A stretch of DNA of 64,000 bases from IMG/VR virus record IMGVR_UViG_3300005521_000001; one strand, 5' to 3'. Below, in pieces: positions 10,801 to 19,860 of this stretch. The first letter of the stretch is position 1. Every line of letters begins with the position of its first letter. A model generated the notes under the pieces. It had not been told where the DNA came from. It searched no databases and worked only from the letters and a program-made list of their open reading frames with translations. The DNA comes from an uncultured virus (IMG/VR IMGVR_UViG_3300005521_000001) (lineage: Duplodnaviria; Heunggongvirae; Uroviricota; Caudoviricetes). Made by a program: the position numbers and the translations under genes.

Positions 10801-13596
10801 CCACTCAAGCGGTTGGCTATTCGTGGGTGTTAGAGCGTTATTCGCCTTCCCGCTTAATCCAATTGTGTTATAGCGTTGGCTTAAATCATGTCCTAAAGGA
10901 GCAGGTATTCTCAAACTTCCCTGCCCCTTCCCGCTTATCATAGGAGCGTTGTTAATGTTGGTGTTGTTATTAGAACCAATAGTTTCTATTTGAATACTTC
11001 TTGGAACTACACCTAATCCTTCGTAAACCCCTTCTTTGTTAGGGTGTTCAAGACCACCAAACTTCGGGCGACCACCTAATGTATCTTCCAATGATGACCC
11101 CGCCGGAACATTTGAATCAATATAACCCATCCCAACACTCCATCCTATATTCATCAATCCGGCCATTGTTTGGTAGCCTATCATAGCAAAGGATGAGTCG
11201 GAGTCCAAGACATAATCGCCAGTATGACCAAATGGATTAAAATTTATGGTATAATTAATTGCATCAGACTCGGTTTGTGGGAAGTTATCATACCAAACCA
11301 ATTCTTCTGTATCGGCTAATTCATTGTATGGTGCGCTTGTATCAGTTATACAATATCTAACTCTTTCAGCCCATAACTTGTTGTAATTCCTACCCATAGT
11401 TAATTGACTACCTAAAGGTGTTAAGAGAGTAAAAGCACCTAATTTCACCGTTAATTCAGCATCTCTTCTCATGTGTGGAGCAATATGAACAACATATTTT
11501 ATAAATGTCCGAGCCGTATTATCTCCACCAAAATGTTCAGCCGCACACCCTGCTACAATACTATCGGGTGTTATATCAGTGTTGGAGGGTTGTGTCCAAT
11601 ATGGTTTACCATCCCAAACACCCGTAGCAGGGTCATATCCACCAATTGCTCCACCGCCATGTATTTCTAAACGCCTGTGCAAATTCCACCCATTGAATAG
11701 AAATGGTTGCGCTCCTGTATCTGTCGGTGCAATTCCTGTATTTACTTCATCGTGAATCATGAATCTTTCGTATGTTATTCTTCCTGTTTCAAGACTATGA
11801 ATTGCAGTATTTTTCAAGCGACCCGATGTAATTCCATTATTGGAACTAAACTCACCAATCCCTGATGCCGACAAATCAATAAATTGTGTAAAAATAGGAA
11901 CTCCAACTGGAATAGGATTATGATGCATCTTGTTTTCATCTGTCGGTGCGCCAACAGTATTAGGATTACCTGCAAATACCCAATATGACATTTCGCCAAG
12001 TGGTCCGTTGTATTCAACTGCTACTACTTTTGACGGTCTTGGATTCGGTGTAATTTCACCCAAACCCAAACTACCCTTATATCCATCATCATAAAAATTA
12101 CCACTCGCCAGAGAGGTTGGTCGAGTCGGTGCGGTCATATCCATATCATTTGTGATAATTCCAGCGACTCGTTGTGTAGGTCGGTTTGCATTTCTAACTG
12201 CATTAAAATTCCAATTAGTGCCTTGAGCCTGTGGTGAAAGTGGTCCTTGAACAAAATCAAAATACGGATATATACCTGCCGGTGTTCCATCTCTAAATTT
12301 ATCATAACTTGCATCGTGACCGCCTCCGCTCTCACTGTCACCATATCCTCTTGAACCATCCCATACTGCATACAAAGATGAAGTCATAGTTCCACCTATG
12401 TATCGTCGGTTATCGTAGGAGTAAGGAATCATTGTTCCGTTGTTCAAAGAGTATGTTCCATCTTTCAAAAAGCAAGCCAATGCCATGCTCATTCGGTATG
12501 ATGGATTGCCAAAGTATGAACTTGATTTATCCATATGAAACATACTCATTGGCACATAACTTCCGGCCATAAATGCAGTAGGTAAGACTGAACCGCCACC
12601 TTCGTATAACACTCCCCCTGCCTCATCTGTTGTTCTTGCATCTGGTAAAGTTCGTCTTATATCAAGGTCTAATTTAAAATCTCCACTTTCTCCATATTTC
12701 TTATATTCCAAATCGGCATGTTTCTCCAATGGGTTTTGATTATATCTGGTTGTTCCATTCTTACAAGTCATATAACTATTAACAATGGCATTTTGAGCAT
12801 TGCTTATTGACTTCGATAATTGGTTGCTATCAAGAAGCATCGGCATAAAAACGGTAGCACGGTATGTTTCAGCAGTAGGAAAAGCACTTTCTCCGCTTAT
12901 TCTTGGGTCAAGGTTGGTTATTGGGTTTCGTGCTACTGTTCCAAGACCATAAGGCAAAAATGCTCTTTTCTCCGAGTCATTAGTTAATCCAATATGCCTG
13001 TAAGAATCAATATATTCCACTAACTCTTGAATCGTCATAAATACTGGGTATGGTCCTGTGGTTTTACAAAATCCATGTTTGGTGAATTTGGGTATATCAT
13101 CCCAAGACTCACCTGCACCTGCACCACCCAATGCGGGAATACCGCCACCATACCCTGTTAAAGTTCCGAGAGAATTAACATAATGAGAATCGTCAGCATT
13201 GTTTGCTTGGGTTTGGTCGTTTGGGCTATCAAAACTCATTGCTTCAAGTGTTGGAGCAATTAACAAAACTTCCGAGAAAGTTCCATCCGAGTGATTTATC
13301 CTACATCGTGGATTATATGTTCCTGACCCCGATATAACAATTGTAGGTTCTGTTCCGGTTATGTCTGTTCCATCGGGATTAATCGCTTCGACCCTAATCC
13401 CCGCCGTTGTTGCTTCATCAACTATATCATTATCACTTTGGTATGAAGAAAATTGACTTCTAAACAGAACTGGGTCAATAGAAATACCCAATGTTGTATC
13501 GTCTTTAATATAGACTGGCCACCATTTCTGTAATTCAGCCAAATGGTTTTTGACTCTGGAGAATTTGTGTTCCGGTTTCTTTTCATATCGTGCCAT
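7852..13596 (-). CDS. giant tail protein with PKD-like domains and a C-terminal tail-tube-initiator/distal-tail-like domain
   Basis: Directly follows the tape measure gene. PKD signatures INFGDG and FVFGDG..HTFAIAGEYQATLVVTD; C-terminus resembles a GpU/Dit domain (GQRADEFTLSGSF..FIGRITSFDY). Confidence 0.7.
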   Translation of the reverse strand: MARYEKKPEHKFSRVKNHLAELQKWWPVYIKDDTTLGISIDPVLFRSQFSSYQSDNDIVDEATTAGIRVEAINPDGTDITGTEPTIVISGSGTYNPRCRINHSDGTFSEVLLIAPTLEAMSFDSPNDQTQANNADDSHYVNSLGTLTGYGGGIPALGGAGAGESWDDIPKFTKHGFCKTTGPYPVFMTIQELVEYIDSYRHIGLTNDSEKRAFLPYGLGTVARNPITNLDPRISGESAFPTAETYRATVFMPMLLDSNQLSKSISNAQNAIVNSYMTCKNGTTRYNQNPLEKHADLEYKKYGESGDFKLDLDIRRTLPDARTTDEAGGVLYEGGGSVLPTAFMAGSYVPMSMFHMDKSSSYFGNPSYRMSMALACFLKDGTYSLNNGTMIPYSYDNRRYIGGTMTSSLYAVWDGSRGYGDSESGGGHDASYDKFRDGTPAGIYPYFDFVQGPLSPQAQGTNWNFNAVRNANRPTQRVAGIITNDMDMTAPTRPTSLASGNFYDDGYKGSLGLGEITPNPRPSKVVAVEYNGPLGEMSYWVFAGNPNTVGAPTDENKMHHNPIPVGVPIFTQFIDLSASGIGEFSSNNGITSGRLKNTAIHSLETGRITYERFMIHDEVNTGIAPTDTGAQPFLFNGWNLHRRLEIHGGGAIGGYDPATGVWDGKPYWTQPSNTDITPDSIVAGCAAEHFGGDNTARTFIKYVVHIAPHMRRDAELTVKLGAFTLLTPLGSQLTMGRNYNKLWAERVRYCITDTSAPYNELADTEELVWYDNFPQTESDAINYTINFNPFGHTGDYVLDSDSSFAMIGYQTMAGLMNIGWSVGMGYIDSNVPAGSSLEDTLGGRPKFGGLEHPNKEGVYEGLGVVPRSIQIETIGSNNNTNINNAPMISGKGQGSLRIPAPLGHDLSQRYNTIGLSGKANNALTPTNSQPLEWTSMTGIGVPSGSNFWIPRGDLMSHYSHMIPNKWAFRGISSPLWSYMDSATGSHAWDYIKPKQHGTGSLWDFGRNRPFPAHEREGTRLAMSPALNNYSVGFTTGEGTVHHVPPNQETNLIGLSETGCSPIHLDMEMTVYVPELDNRLFIIEFDQNENDALFGRHAWIGDTATRDAGWGFHPLADNATRNAVYRPVPYVDKDKVVNDDGTFIPATQTNDDFSEGFLTPPAGSATNNIIQSRLDFGNHASYGGIGTLASRGYPYPLYTLPNRDARLVGTGTPNPPAFDGVFERTAVWFMSANTHYTASNYIGGKPFALGGKAGVGRISGGSYGTPADYTEGTQVIRATFTETEMIFTLNGNEVTRNVNNNGEVWGVSIKNANLFTFVNRDPFIVEPILSETQATMGINNPYEQIRGQEPAGFGRANSAQAVFQETGGSVATTFFGYAKRWSFGGTGGLMNEDLYLPRTMPEHYSNMLNDKTIPITYSTPALSQSCKDVQIDEIIFRHLPTPAMLPFTVDTTVMSQPSGVAIAKYNSLQIHAENIDTSKKRNITISLFEPPTLPTDCQIAREATTPIDGFQDLDPFFVADIGNIDLSDLPTTHITNGFVIRFNFYMPSTEDSSLHPVNYRQLPTITKWELLYDHKPTTDVAVIGNTYNGQTATTVGAGGTPQSITTKVGHIVSVTGYGTTIDPDRKITEIKINFGDGTDSGFVPVETALSSVTLEMSHVYSSSPVAPATYFLLTAQAKDDNGNISDISTPDLRIGVDGTEPVGILRAIPSLVRAGQSIRFDGSQSYTLNNETTLTGYTFVFGDGSTTVGGAQTYQDHTFAIAGEYQATLVVTDSDGGTSPIASQVVKVLPATTIVPLRLQTQPASFRRTRRASLSQTAVLDSIYPEISDTGQRADEFTLSGSFLKDTQNRDIQYMEELLLSGSLVEIEWQTVNFEGVPDSKTFIGRITSFDYNRQGGSIDQTPYTATFIRESGLGA

Positions 13597-15878
13597 TAGA
13601 AACCACGCCCCCCTCTGCGTTTGCTCTCGTTTATTACCTGTGAAAAGGCAGTTTTAACCATTTCTTTTAATTCATGCTTAGAAATGTTGGTTGAAACATT
13701 CATATTTTGAATAGACACATTACCGCCCCCGCTTCCGCTTAGACCGGCTTCGCCCATAACTCTATTCCTATTCATAGTGTCTTTACTACTACCTCCTAAA
13801 GGTATTATTGCTTCCGGTCCTCTTTCACCTGCGGTCATTGCAGTAAAATTTTTGATAATACCACCCATGTGAAACTCCGGTAGCATTGCGTTTGCTGACC
13901 CTGCACCTGAATAATAACTTCCTTTGCTTCCTTGAGCCAAAACCCCGCCAAATGTGGATGCACCCCCTCTCGTAGCCCCGCTAAGACCTTTGGCAATGTT
14001 TCCACCCGCCATTCCAATTCCAATACCTAAACCACCTTTGAGAATATCAGTTCCACCCTCTTTAAATCCATCAACCAAAGATGCGGCGGCATCCGACCAC
14101 TTACCCTCTTTTATATTCATAACTGCTTCAATAATCCCCCTTATAGTTCTAAATATACCGTTTATAACTTGAGCAAATGGTGCAATATAAGCCATAAGGA
14201 TTCTAAATGCCATAGCAAGAACTGTTATTATTGGTGTTAATGCTCTCATCAATTCAATTACATCGGGCATAGCGTCAATAATTAATGGTAAGGCCATTGC
14301 ACCAAAAAATGCTATGTCCTGAGCCAATGCCTGTAAGTGTGGTGATAAATCAACAAGTGCTTGTTGTAAATCATCTCCGAATAGTTCTCCCATATCCACT
14401 AAGAGTTTTGCTATTGGTTCACCAATTGTTATCATACCTTCTTTAATTTTAGACATGACCACCAACAAATGTTCCATAGCCGAACCGCCCTCTTCAACTG
14501 ACCTTTGAAGCGAGTCCGTGTAGTCATCTGTTGCCCCCGCCGCATCTTCATTCAATTGAACCAATTCATGGAATGAAGACCTTTGGCTCACTAAAGATGC
14601 AATGGCAGTTCCACCCCTCACACCAAAAATTTCTAAGATTTGTGTTGTCGTAGCCCCGCTTTCAGCCAATTGGTCTAACACTTCTCCGAATGAAACAACA
14701 CCTTTTGTTTGTTGTTCAACGGTTCTGATTAAATCGGTTGATGTATTTTTCAATTCTTTCTCTTTCTCTATTGACTTCGATAGTTTCTTTCCTTGAATAG
14801 TTCTTTCAATGGAAAGTTCTTGCTCTTTTATCTGTAAATCTTCACTTGACTCTTCCAATTTTTTAATTTGTTGAATCTCTTGTTCTGTCAAATCTCTGTT
14901 CGCTCTTGAAGCCCGTTGTCTTATCTGTGCTACTGCCAATGAATTTCTTTGTTGTTGAATAGATAAATCACTCATAGCATCGTCTAAATCAGACACTTCT
15001 CGCTTTAATGCGGAGGCTTGAAGGGTAGTCCTATCTAACTCGACAGTCAATGTTCTCAAAGTATTCTTCGCAGTTTGACCTGCCGGTGTCAAATTAACAA
15101 CATTCATTCCCAAGTCATCCATAGCCCTTGTAGCATCAAATGTTGGCTTCAACAATTTATTAATCGCCATTCTCAAACCTGTTCCGGCAATAGTTCCTCT
15201 CAAACCTGCATTACCTAAAGCACCGATTGCTGCCGCCGTTTCTTCTATACTTATACCGGCGGCATATGCTACTGGGGCTACGAACTTAAGACCTTCACCC
15301 AAAGATATGATACTTACATTTGAACGGGTAAATGTTCTTGTTAATACATCGGACACTGAATCTAATTCTGACATTTCCATTCCAAATGCTTTCACACCCG
15401 CTATTCCAATATCAGTGGCAGTTTGAATATCAACTCCACCTGCAATAGCGAATTTAACAAGTTTTTCTAATACCCTGTCATCAATCATTTCATCAGCACC
15501 AACACCTGCAATAGCAAGTTTGTTTGCCGCTTCGCCCGCTTGCTCGGCAGTAAATCTGGTTGTCATACCGATTCTTCTAATTTCACCTTCTAAATCTTGT
15601 AAATCACTTTTATTTGCTCCGAGAATAGCACCTGTTCGTGCTAAAGTGTCGTTAAATGCAATAAAATCTTTGGTTGCTTGAACTGCTAATTGGCCAATTT
15701 TGACACCTGCAAACGCCGCCCCTCCAACTGCAATACCCATCAAAGACGCTCTGGTGACTGTTCCTAATCGTGATGCACTATTACCTGCAATATAGAAAGC
15801 CTGTGAAAGAGCGTTTAGTGACCTTCTTGCTTGTGTTGTGTTTGCCCTTACATTAACTTCCGCATCTGTTGATACCAT
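13596..15878 (-). CDS. tail tape measure protein (TP901-like core)
   Basis: TTRFTAEQAGEA, LGEGLKFVAPVA..GISIEETAAAIGALGNAGLRGTIAGTGLR and C-terminal AGERGPEAIIPL; lies downstream of the chaperone gene. Confidence 0.92.
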   Translation of the reverse strand: MVSTDAEVNVRANTTQARRSLNALSQAFYIAGNSASRLGTVTRASLMGIAVGGAAFAGVKIGQLAVQATKDFIAFNDTLARTGAILGANKSDLQDLEGEIRRIGMTTRFTAEQAGEAANKLAIAGVGADEMIDDRVLEKLVKFAIAGGVDIQTATDIGIAGVKAFGMEMSELDSVSDVLTRTFTRSNVSIISLGEGLKFVAPVAYAAGISIEETAAAIGALGNAGLRGTIAGTGLRMAINKLLKPTFDATRAMDDLGMNVVNLTPAGQTAKNTLRTLTVELDRTTLQASALKREVSDLDDAMSDLSIQQQRNSLAVAQIRQRASRANRDLTEQEIQQIKKLEESSEDLQIKEQELSIERTIQGKKLSKSIEKEKELKNTSTDLIRTVEQQTKGVVSFGEVLDQLAESGATTTQILEIFGVRGGTAIASLVSQRSSFHELVQLNEDAAGATDDYTDSLQRSVEEGGSAMEHLLVVMSKIKEGMITIGEPIAKLLVDMGELFGDDLQQALVDLSPHLQALAQDIAFFGAMALPLIIDAMPDVIELMRALTPIITVLAMAFRILMAYIAPFAQVINGIFRTIRGIIEAVMNIKEGKWSDAAASLVDGFKEGGTDILKGGLGIGIGMAGGNIAKGLSGATRGGASTFGGVLAQGSKGSYYSGAGSANAMLPEFHMGGIIKNFTAMTAGERGPEAIIPLGGSSKDTMNRNRVMGEAGLSGSGGGNVSIQNMNVSTNISKHELKEMVKTAFSQVINESKRRGGRGF

Positions 15879-15909
15879 AAATAAAGACTCCCTATCCGAT
15901 GGTTATAAT

Positions 15910-16424
15910 TCATCGGCTTTTACGGTTTGCGTTGTTTCTAAGGCGAACTGACTCCGAGTAAGCGTTGATGAGGAATACCGCATCCCTCAAATCTAATTCC
16001 CTATACTCCTTTGGAGTTAAGTTTGAATATACTAAAAATTCAAAAAACGCTACTCCGTTTGGGGTTCTGGAATAATCTCTAATTCCCCCAAAACACCACC
16101 ACCACCGGCAGTATTACCCAAAGCGGCCATAATTGCTTGAGATAAATGCCCCAAGTTTGTAAGAGGTATTTGTTGAAGTTTAGTCCATGTTATGGTATCA
16201 TCACATTTGCTCATCATTTGACATATCATAATTAGACCCAATGCTTCTTGTTTATCACTTTCAGTAGTCATCTTTCTAACTGCCGGATGGTGTTTCAATC
16301 CTTGATATTCCGATGTATTTAGAGGCATTACTTCTATTGAATCTGTTGCTATCCAACTTAAATGACTTACATCAACTATTATAGGTTGGTCGGCATTTTC
16401 TATTGCTTCGTTTATCCACGACAT
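15910..16424 (-). CDS. tail assembly chaperone, long form produced by a -1 frameshift (about 171 aa)
   Basis: Slippery G GGG GAA at 16089-16083. The -1 frame stays open for 58 codons to TGA at 15912-15910 and fills the gap before the tape measure gene. Confidence 0.75.
16050..16424 (-). CDS. tail assembly chaperone, short form
   Basis: Position between the tail tube and tape measure genes. Confidence 0.75.
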   Translation of the reverse strand: MSWINEAIENADQPIIVDVSHLSWIATDSIEVMPLNTSEYQGLKHHPAVRKMTTESDKQEALGLIMICQMMSKCDDTITWTKLQQIPLTNLGHLSQAIMAALGNTAGGGGVLGELEIIPEPQTE

Positions 16425-16467
16425 AAAGATACCTTCTTACAACACCTATATGAAGATGTAGGGAAAA

Positions 16468-16875
16468 TCAAGCCCTTGTAAAGGTTAGACCTTCAAATGA
16501 ACCGTTAATCATTAACGCTCCTTCCGCTCCGGCCTCAATACCCTCAACTGATAAATCAGTAAAAATACAATCAGTAATTGTGTATTTATTCGCTCCTGTC
16601 ACACCGTCATTATCAAATTCCAATTCAAACATAGTTCCGGCAGTAAAACAAGTCATTAGGTCAGCGTCGTTTACTCCCCATGCTCTTTTTAAAGTTCCTG
16701 ATACTGACATTAATCCTCTTGTATGGGAGGTTGCATAAGCATTACCCAATGTTGTATATTTTCCAGTCTGTGCGCTTAATGTAAAATCACCTGACACAAA
16801 AGCAGTTAGAGGGCTTTGGCCACTGGCGGTAAATTTAATCTGTGCGCTAATGCCGGTGAATGCGTGAACTGACAT
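16468..16875 (-). CDS. major tail tube protein
   Basis: 135-aa beta-rich protein (SVSGTLKRAW..YTITDCIFTD..INGSFEG) upstream of the chaperone and tape measure genes, with a class II promoter. Confidence 0.75.
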   Translation of the reverse strand: MSVHAFTGISAQIKFTASGQSPLTAFVSGDFTLSAQTGKYTTLGNAYATSHTRGLMSVSGTLKRAWGVNDADLMTCFTAGTMFELEFDNDGVTGANKYTITDCIFTDLSVEGIEAGAEGALMINGSFEGLTFTRA

Positions 16876-16907
16876 GCCAATATCTTCAAAGACATAGGTT
16901 ATAACTA

Positions 16908-17111
16908 TTATTGGCCGGATGCCAATTCTTTGAGTGTATTACTAACTGCTAAAATTTCCTGTCGTAGTCTATTTTCATAAGCAGTTCTTATTTGCTCATC
17001 TGTAATTCCCGACTGTGCGGCCAATAATTCAACTGCCACCAATGTTTTCAAAACCTGTTGGTCTTGAAGAGTCATTCCCAATGCTTCATGTGCTTCGTCT
17101 GTAAATTTCAT
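16908..17111 (-). CDS. small hypothetical protein
   Basis: 67-aa ORF directly after PCNA. Confidence 0.65.
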   Translation of the reverse strand: MKFTDEAHEALGMTLQDQQVLKTLVAVELLAAQSGITDEQIRTAYENRLRQEILAVSNTLKELASGQ

Positions 17112-17113
17112 GT

Positions 17114-17923
17114 TTATACCTCTCTTATCGCTTCGGTTGCTATAACCCTTGTGTTGTGACCATCAATTGATTCTAAAACGGCAAATTGCCCCTTTTCATG
17201 CTTACTAATCTTCACCTGTGTGGTAGTAGTGCCAAATGTGTTTAAAATTGTTTTCAATGATTCTGTGAAAGCGACTTTGAACGGTTCTCCGTGAATCTCC
17301 ATCTCAAGTGGAGTCCAAGACCTGATTTGTTTCCCTGACCAATGACCTGACCGTGCTTCACCCTTCTTATCGAAGGTAATAACCACATACGGGGCTTTGG
17401 CAGTTATTTGCTCATGAACTGCTTTTCTCAATTCCTGAATAGAAACAATTGCCGAATGCGTAGCAGGTTCATTCTCAAACATTGGAAAAAGAATATCGCC
17501 TTTCTCGTTTTTTGGCATGAGCCACCTATCGGGAATGATAAGACAATCCTCTTCCTCTGTCGGCATGACCTCTGCACCACCGTTGTTTCTGGTTGATATT
17601 GATATTGGGTGTGATGCCGATGTTGTAATTCTAATCATCTCCCCTCTCGACTTGGCTCTTACAATGTCGCCTAATTCTTTTGGGTCAGTCAATAATACAC
17701 ATGGCTCTTTTACTTTCAAGCCACTGACCGGCCACCTTGTCAGGATTGTTTGTATCGTCTTTGAAACATTTAACCCACCAATACTGATACCCTCGTTTTC
17801 AAAGAGTATTTTTACTGGCACTGGGGGCGAGTCCATGCAAACTGCTGATAGCAAATTGGCAAACTCCCCGCCATTAACTTGTATCATACAAGTCCGACTT
17901 ACTTTGGAGTTAGGTGTCAGCAT
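17114..17923 (-). CDS. pcn: DNA polymerase sliding clamp (PCNA-like)
   Basis: About 270 aa. N-terminal GEFANLLSAV..VKILFENEGISIGGLNVSKT resembles PCNA, and RFC subunits are co-encoded. Start is 19 nt from the motif at 17942. Confidence 0.75.
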   Translation of the reverse strand: MLTPNSKVSRTCMIQVNGGEFANLLSAVCMDSPPVPVKILFENEGISIGGLNVSKTIQTILTRWPVSGLKVKEPCVLLTDPKELGDIVRAKSRGEMIRITTSASHPISISTRNNGGAEVMPTEEEDCLIIPDRWLMPKNEKGDILFPMFENEPATHSAIVSIQELRKAVHEQITAKAPYVVITFDKKGEARSGHWSGKQIRSWTPLEMEIHGEPFKVAFTESLKTILNTFGTTTTQVKISKHEKGQFAVLESIDGHNTRVIATEAIREV

Positions 17924-17959
17924 ACCCTCTAACGGGTAGCCCACCTATTTTAAGGAATA

Positions 17960-18238
17960 GAAAGGGGGCTTTAGGACAGAAACCCCCTCATCTTCATGAG
18001 AGGCACGGGTCGCTAACCCCGTTCCAACAGACCGGTCAATATCCGACAGTCCTTTACCCTGTGAAGGGTGTTGCGTTTCTCCCCCCCTTGCCTCTTGGTG
18101 GCTCAAGTAAAGCCCCCTGCAAAGGATTGAGAAGCGACACCGGAACAATCACAACCTCACGCCCCTACTATGGCAATACCGCTTCCGGTTGCTTCAAGGA
18201 TTGATTTTGGTCATCGGGTGTTCCGTGTTGTCGCCTCT
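17960..18238 (-). ncRNA. candidate structured ncRNA A (about 280 nt)
   Basis: Has its own class I promoter (18257) with no ATG. Stems include 18229-18238/18130-18139 (10 bp starting at +1) and 18108-18118/17963-17973 (11 bp, perfect). Confidence 0.65.
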
Positions 18239-18256
18239 GTTCTATCGTAGGGGCAA

Positions 18257-18280
18257 CCCCTATATAAACCTGTCGCCTAT
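18257..18280 (-). promoter_or_regulatory. class I promoter driving ncRNA A
   Basis: Minus strand ATAGGCGACAGG-TTTATATAGGGG, with the same flanks as the promoters at 30399 and 51601. Confidence 0.75.
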
Positions 18281-18648
18281 TATTCATCATAAGCGTCAGG
18301 ATGAGCAAGCCATGTCTTTTGAGGATATTTTGTTCGACCATCAATACTGGCAACTCTTACAGTTCCGGCGCAGTAAAACAAATGTGGCTTCTTGGCTAAG
18401 TGATTCGATAACCTGTTCATCTCAAATGGTTGCTTGGGTAGTGTAAGAATTTCACCTGTTGTCATCGGTGTTCCATCGGGAAAGGTTGCACCTTCTTTTA
18501 TCATACATTTCCAAAGACGCTTGACATTTCGACCATCAGATTTTCCTAACCTGCCTTTCTTTCGTGTGCCATACTTGGAAGAAGGAACGGTGTCATAATC
18601 AGTCTTTTTCTTGTCTTTCTTCATCTCCTGACTCCTTTGGTTTAACAA
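18280..18648 (-). CDS. basic hypothetical protein, possibly nucleic-acid binding
   Basis: K/R-rich 122-aa ORF downstream of the nuclease; the true start is probably ATG 18624. Confidence 0.65.
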   Translation of the reverse strand: MLNQRSQEMKKDKKKTDYDTVPSSKYGTRKKGRLGKSDGRNVKRLWKCMIKEGATFPDGTPMTTGEILTLPKQPFEMNRLSNHLAKKPHLFYCAGTVRVASIDGRTKYPQKTWLAHPDAYDE

Positions 18649-19828
18649 TTAACATTCTTTGGGGTTTATGTATTTGAGTTCTCTTAATAGCGTCGGCCAC
18701 TTCATCAGGAAGAATAGGCAACACTCTATCAACTGCGGCATTAGATAACGATACCATAGTTCCGAATACTGCCGGTGGCACTAACCTCTGCACTTCGGCA
18801 GGGATATATGACTTTCTCGTTTGTTCTCGCCATTCAACCGACCATTTATCGGTATCTAACTTACAGTCGGACACCGGCATTTGATAATCAAAAATTTCAG
18901 TTTTGATATGATTGTCAATAGCCTTCTTTCTCTTTTCAAGCATTGCTTTGCTTGCTTTTATTGTAGCAAGTTCATCCAACAAATCATCGGTGTCGCCACC
19001 TAATGTCGGTGTCAGCATATCCCATGCTCCATTTTGCATCAAGTCCTGTGCTTTAGGGCATAAGTCAGCATAACTACACCATTGACAACCTTTGCCTATC
19101 TGTGCCGGAACTTTGGTCCAATCGGAAGAATCTATTGAAAGTATATTTTCATATTGACCATGAAGCCAATCCTTGAAAGTCTCAAGTCTTTCATCCGACC
19201 AAACGGTAGTCACCGTTCCATGTCTCATCAAATCAAAGGTGAATTTCAAAGGTCTATCCGGCCACATTTCTCTTGCTACACATAGATAAATTGCCGCTTG
19301 TATGCTATGGTCGGCTTCACCTTGAGTTATGTCTAATCTCTGTGTTTTGTAGTCAATTAATTCAACTGTTCCGTCAGGGTGTTCGATGACTAAATCAACA
19401 AACCCCAAAACTGGTGTTCCTGTTCTCTGTAATATGTATGGAGCATTATGTTGCCCAAATTGCATCTCGACATAAAGCACTCTAACAGGGTGTTTTCCTC
19501 GACGGTCAAACCATCTCTTGAGCATTTTTTTGCCGTCTTCAAAGAATGATAAATCAACTTCTCGCTTGGCGGATATTTCATTGTATAGTTTCATCAACCT
19601 ACCAAAACTGGGCTTTGGTGTGTCTCCGTTCTCGTCAGGTCTTCGCCATTCTTCAAAAGCATCGTGGACATTATTACCCATCCTACCTGCTTGTGAACTA
19701 TCCCTATGATTTCCAATATCCTTTAGTGCCTGTGCGTCAGCAGTAGGAGTTTCATAATGAAAACAATACTTTAAAGAACATTCTTGAGCAGTTTTTAATC
19801 GGCTTGCTGAAATATAAGGCACTTTCAT
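18599..19828 (-). CDS. PD-(D/E)xK exonuclease, Cas4/AddB-like, with Fe-S cysteines
   Basis: ISASRL..C, G..VH, GFVDLV..LIDYKT, Q..IY and CQWCSYADLCP motifs. Confidence 0.88.
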   Translation of the reverse strand: MKVPYISASRLKTAQECSLKYCFHYETPTADAQALKDIGNHRDSSQAGRMGNNVHDAFEEWRRPDENGDTPKPSFGRLMKLYNEISAKREVDLSFFEDGKKMLKRWFDRRGKHPVRVLYVEMQFGQHNAPYILQRTGTPVLGFVDLVIEHPDGTVELIDYKTQRLDITQGEADHSIQAAIYLCVAREMWPDRPLKFTFDLMRHGTVTTVWSDERLETFKDWLHGQYENILSIDSSDWTKVPAQIGKGCQWCSYADLCPKAQDLMQNGAWDMLTPTLGGDTDDLLDELATIKASKAMLEKRKKAIDNHIKTEIFDYQMPVSDCKLDTDKWSVEWREQTRKSYIPAEVQRLVPPAVFGTMVSLSNAAVDRVLPILPDEVADAIKRTQIHKPQRMLIVKPKESGDEERQEKD

Positions 19829-19860
19829 TTTGACTACTCCGTTATCATGTAGTCCTTAGA

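Noticed and set aside
17914..18353. ORFs 17945..18148, 17914..18204 and 18168..18353
   Set aside because: They do not start at the promoter-defined position, overlap promoter motifs and have no protein-like features. RNA structure explains the region better.
18599..19828. Cas4-like nuclease as evidence of a CRISPR system
   Set aside because: No repeat-spacer array or other cas genes were seen. The dispersed repeats are promoters, not CRISPR repeats.
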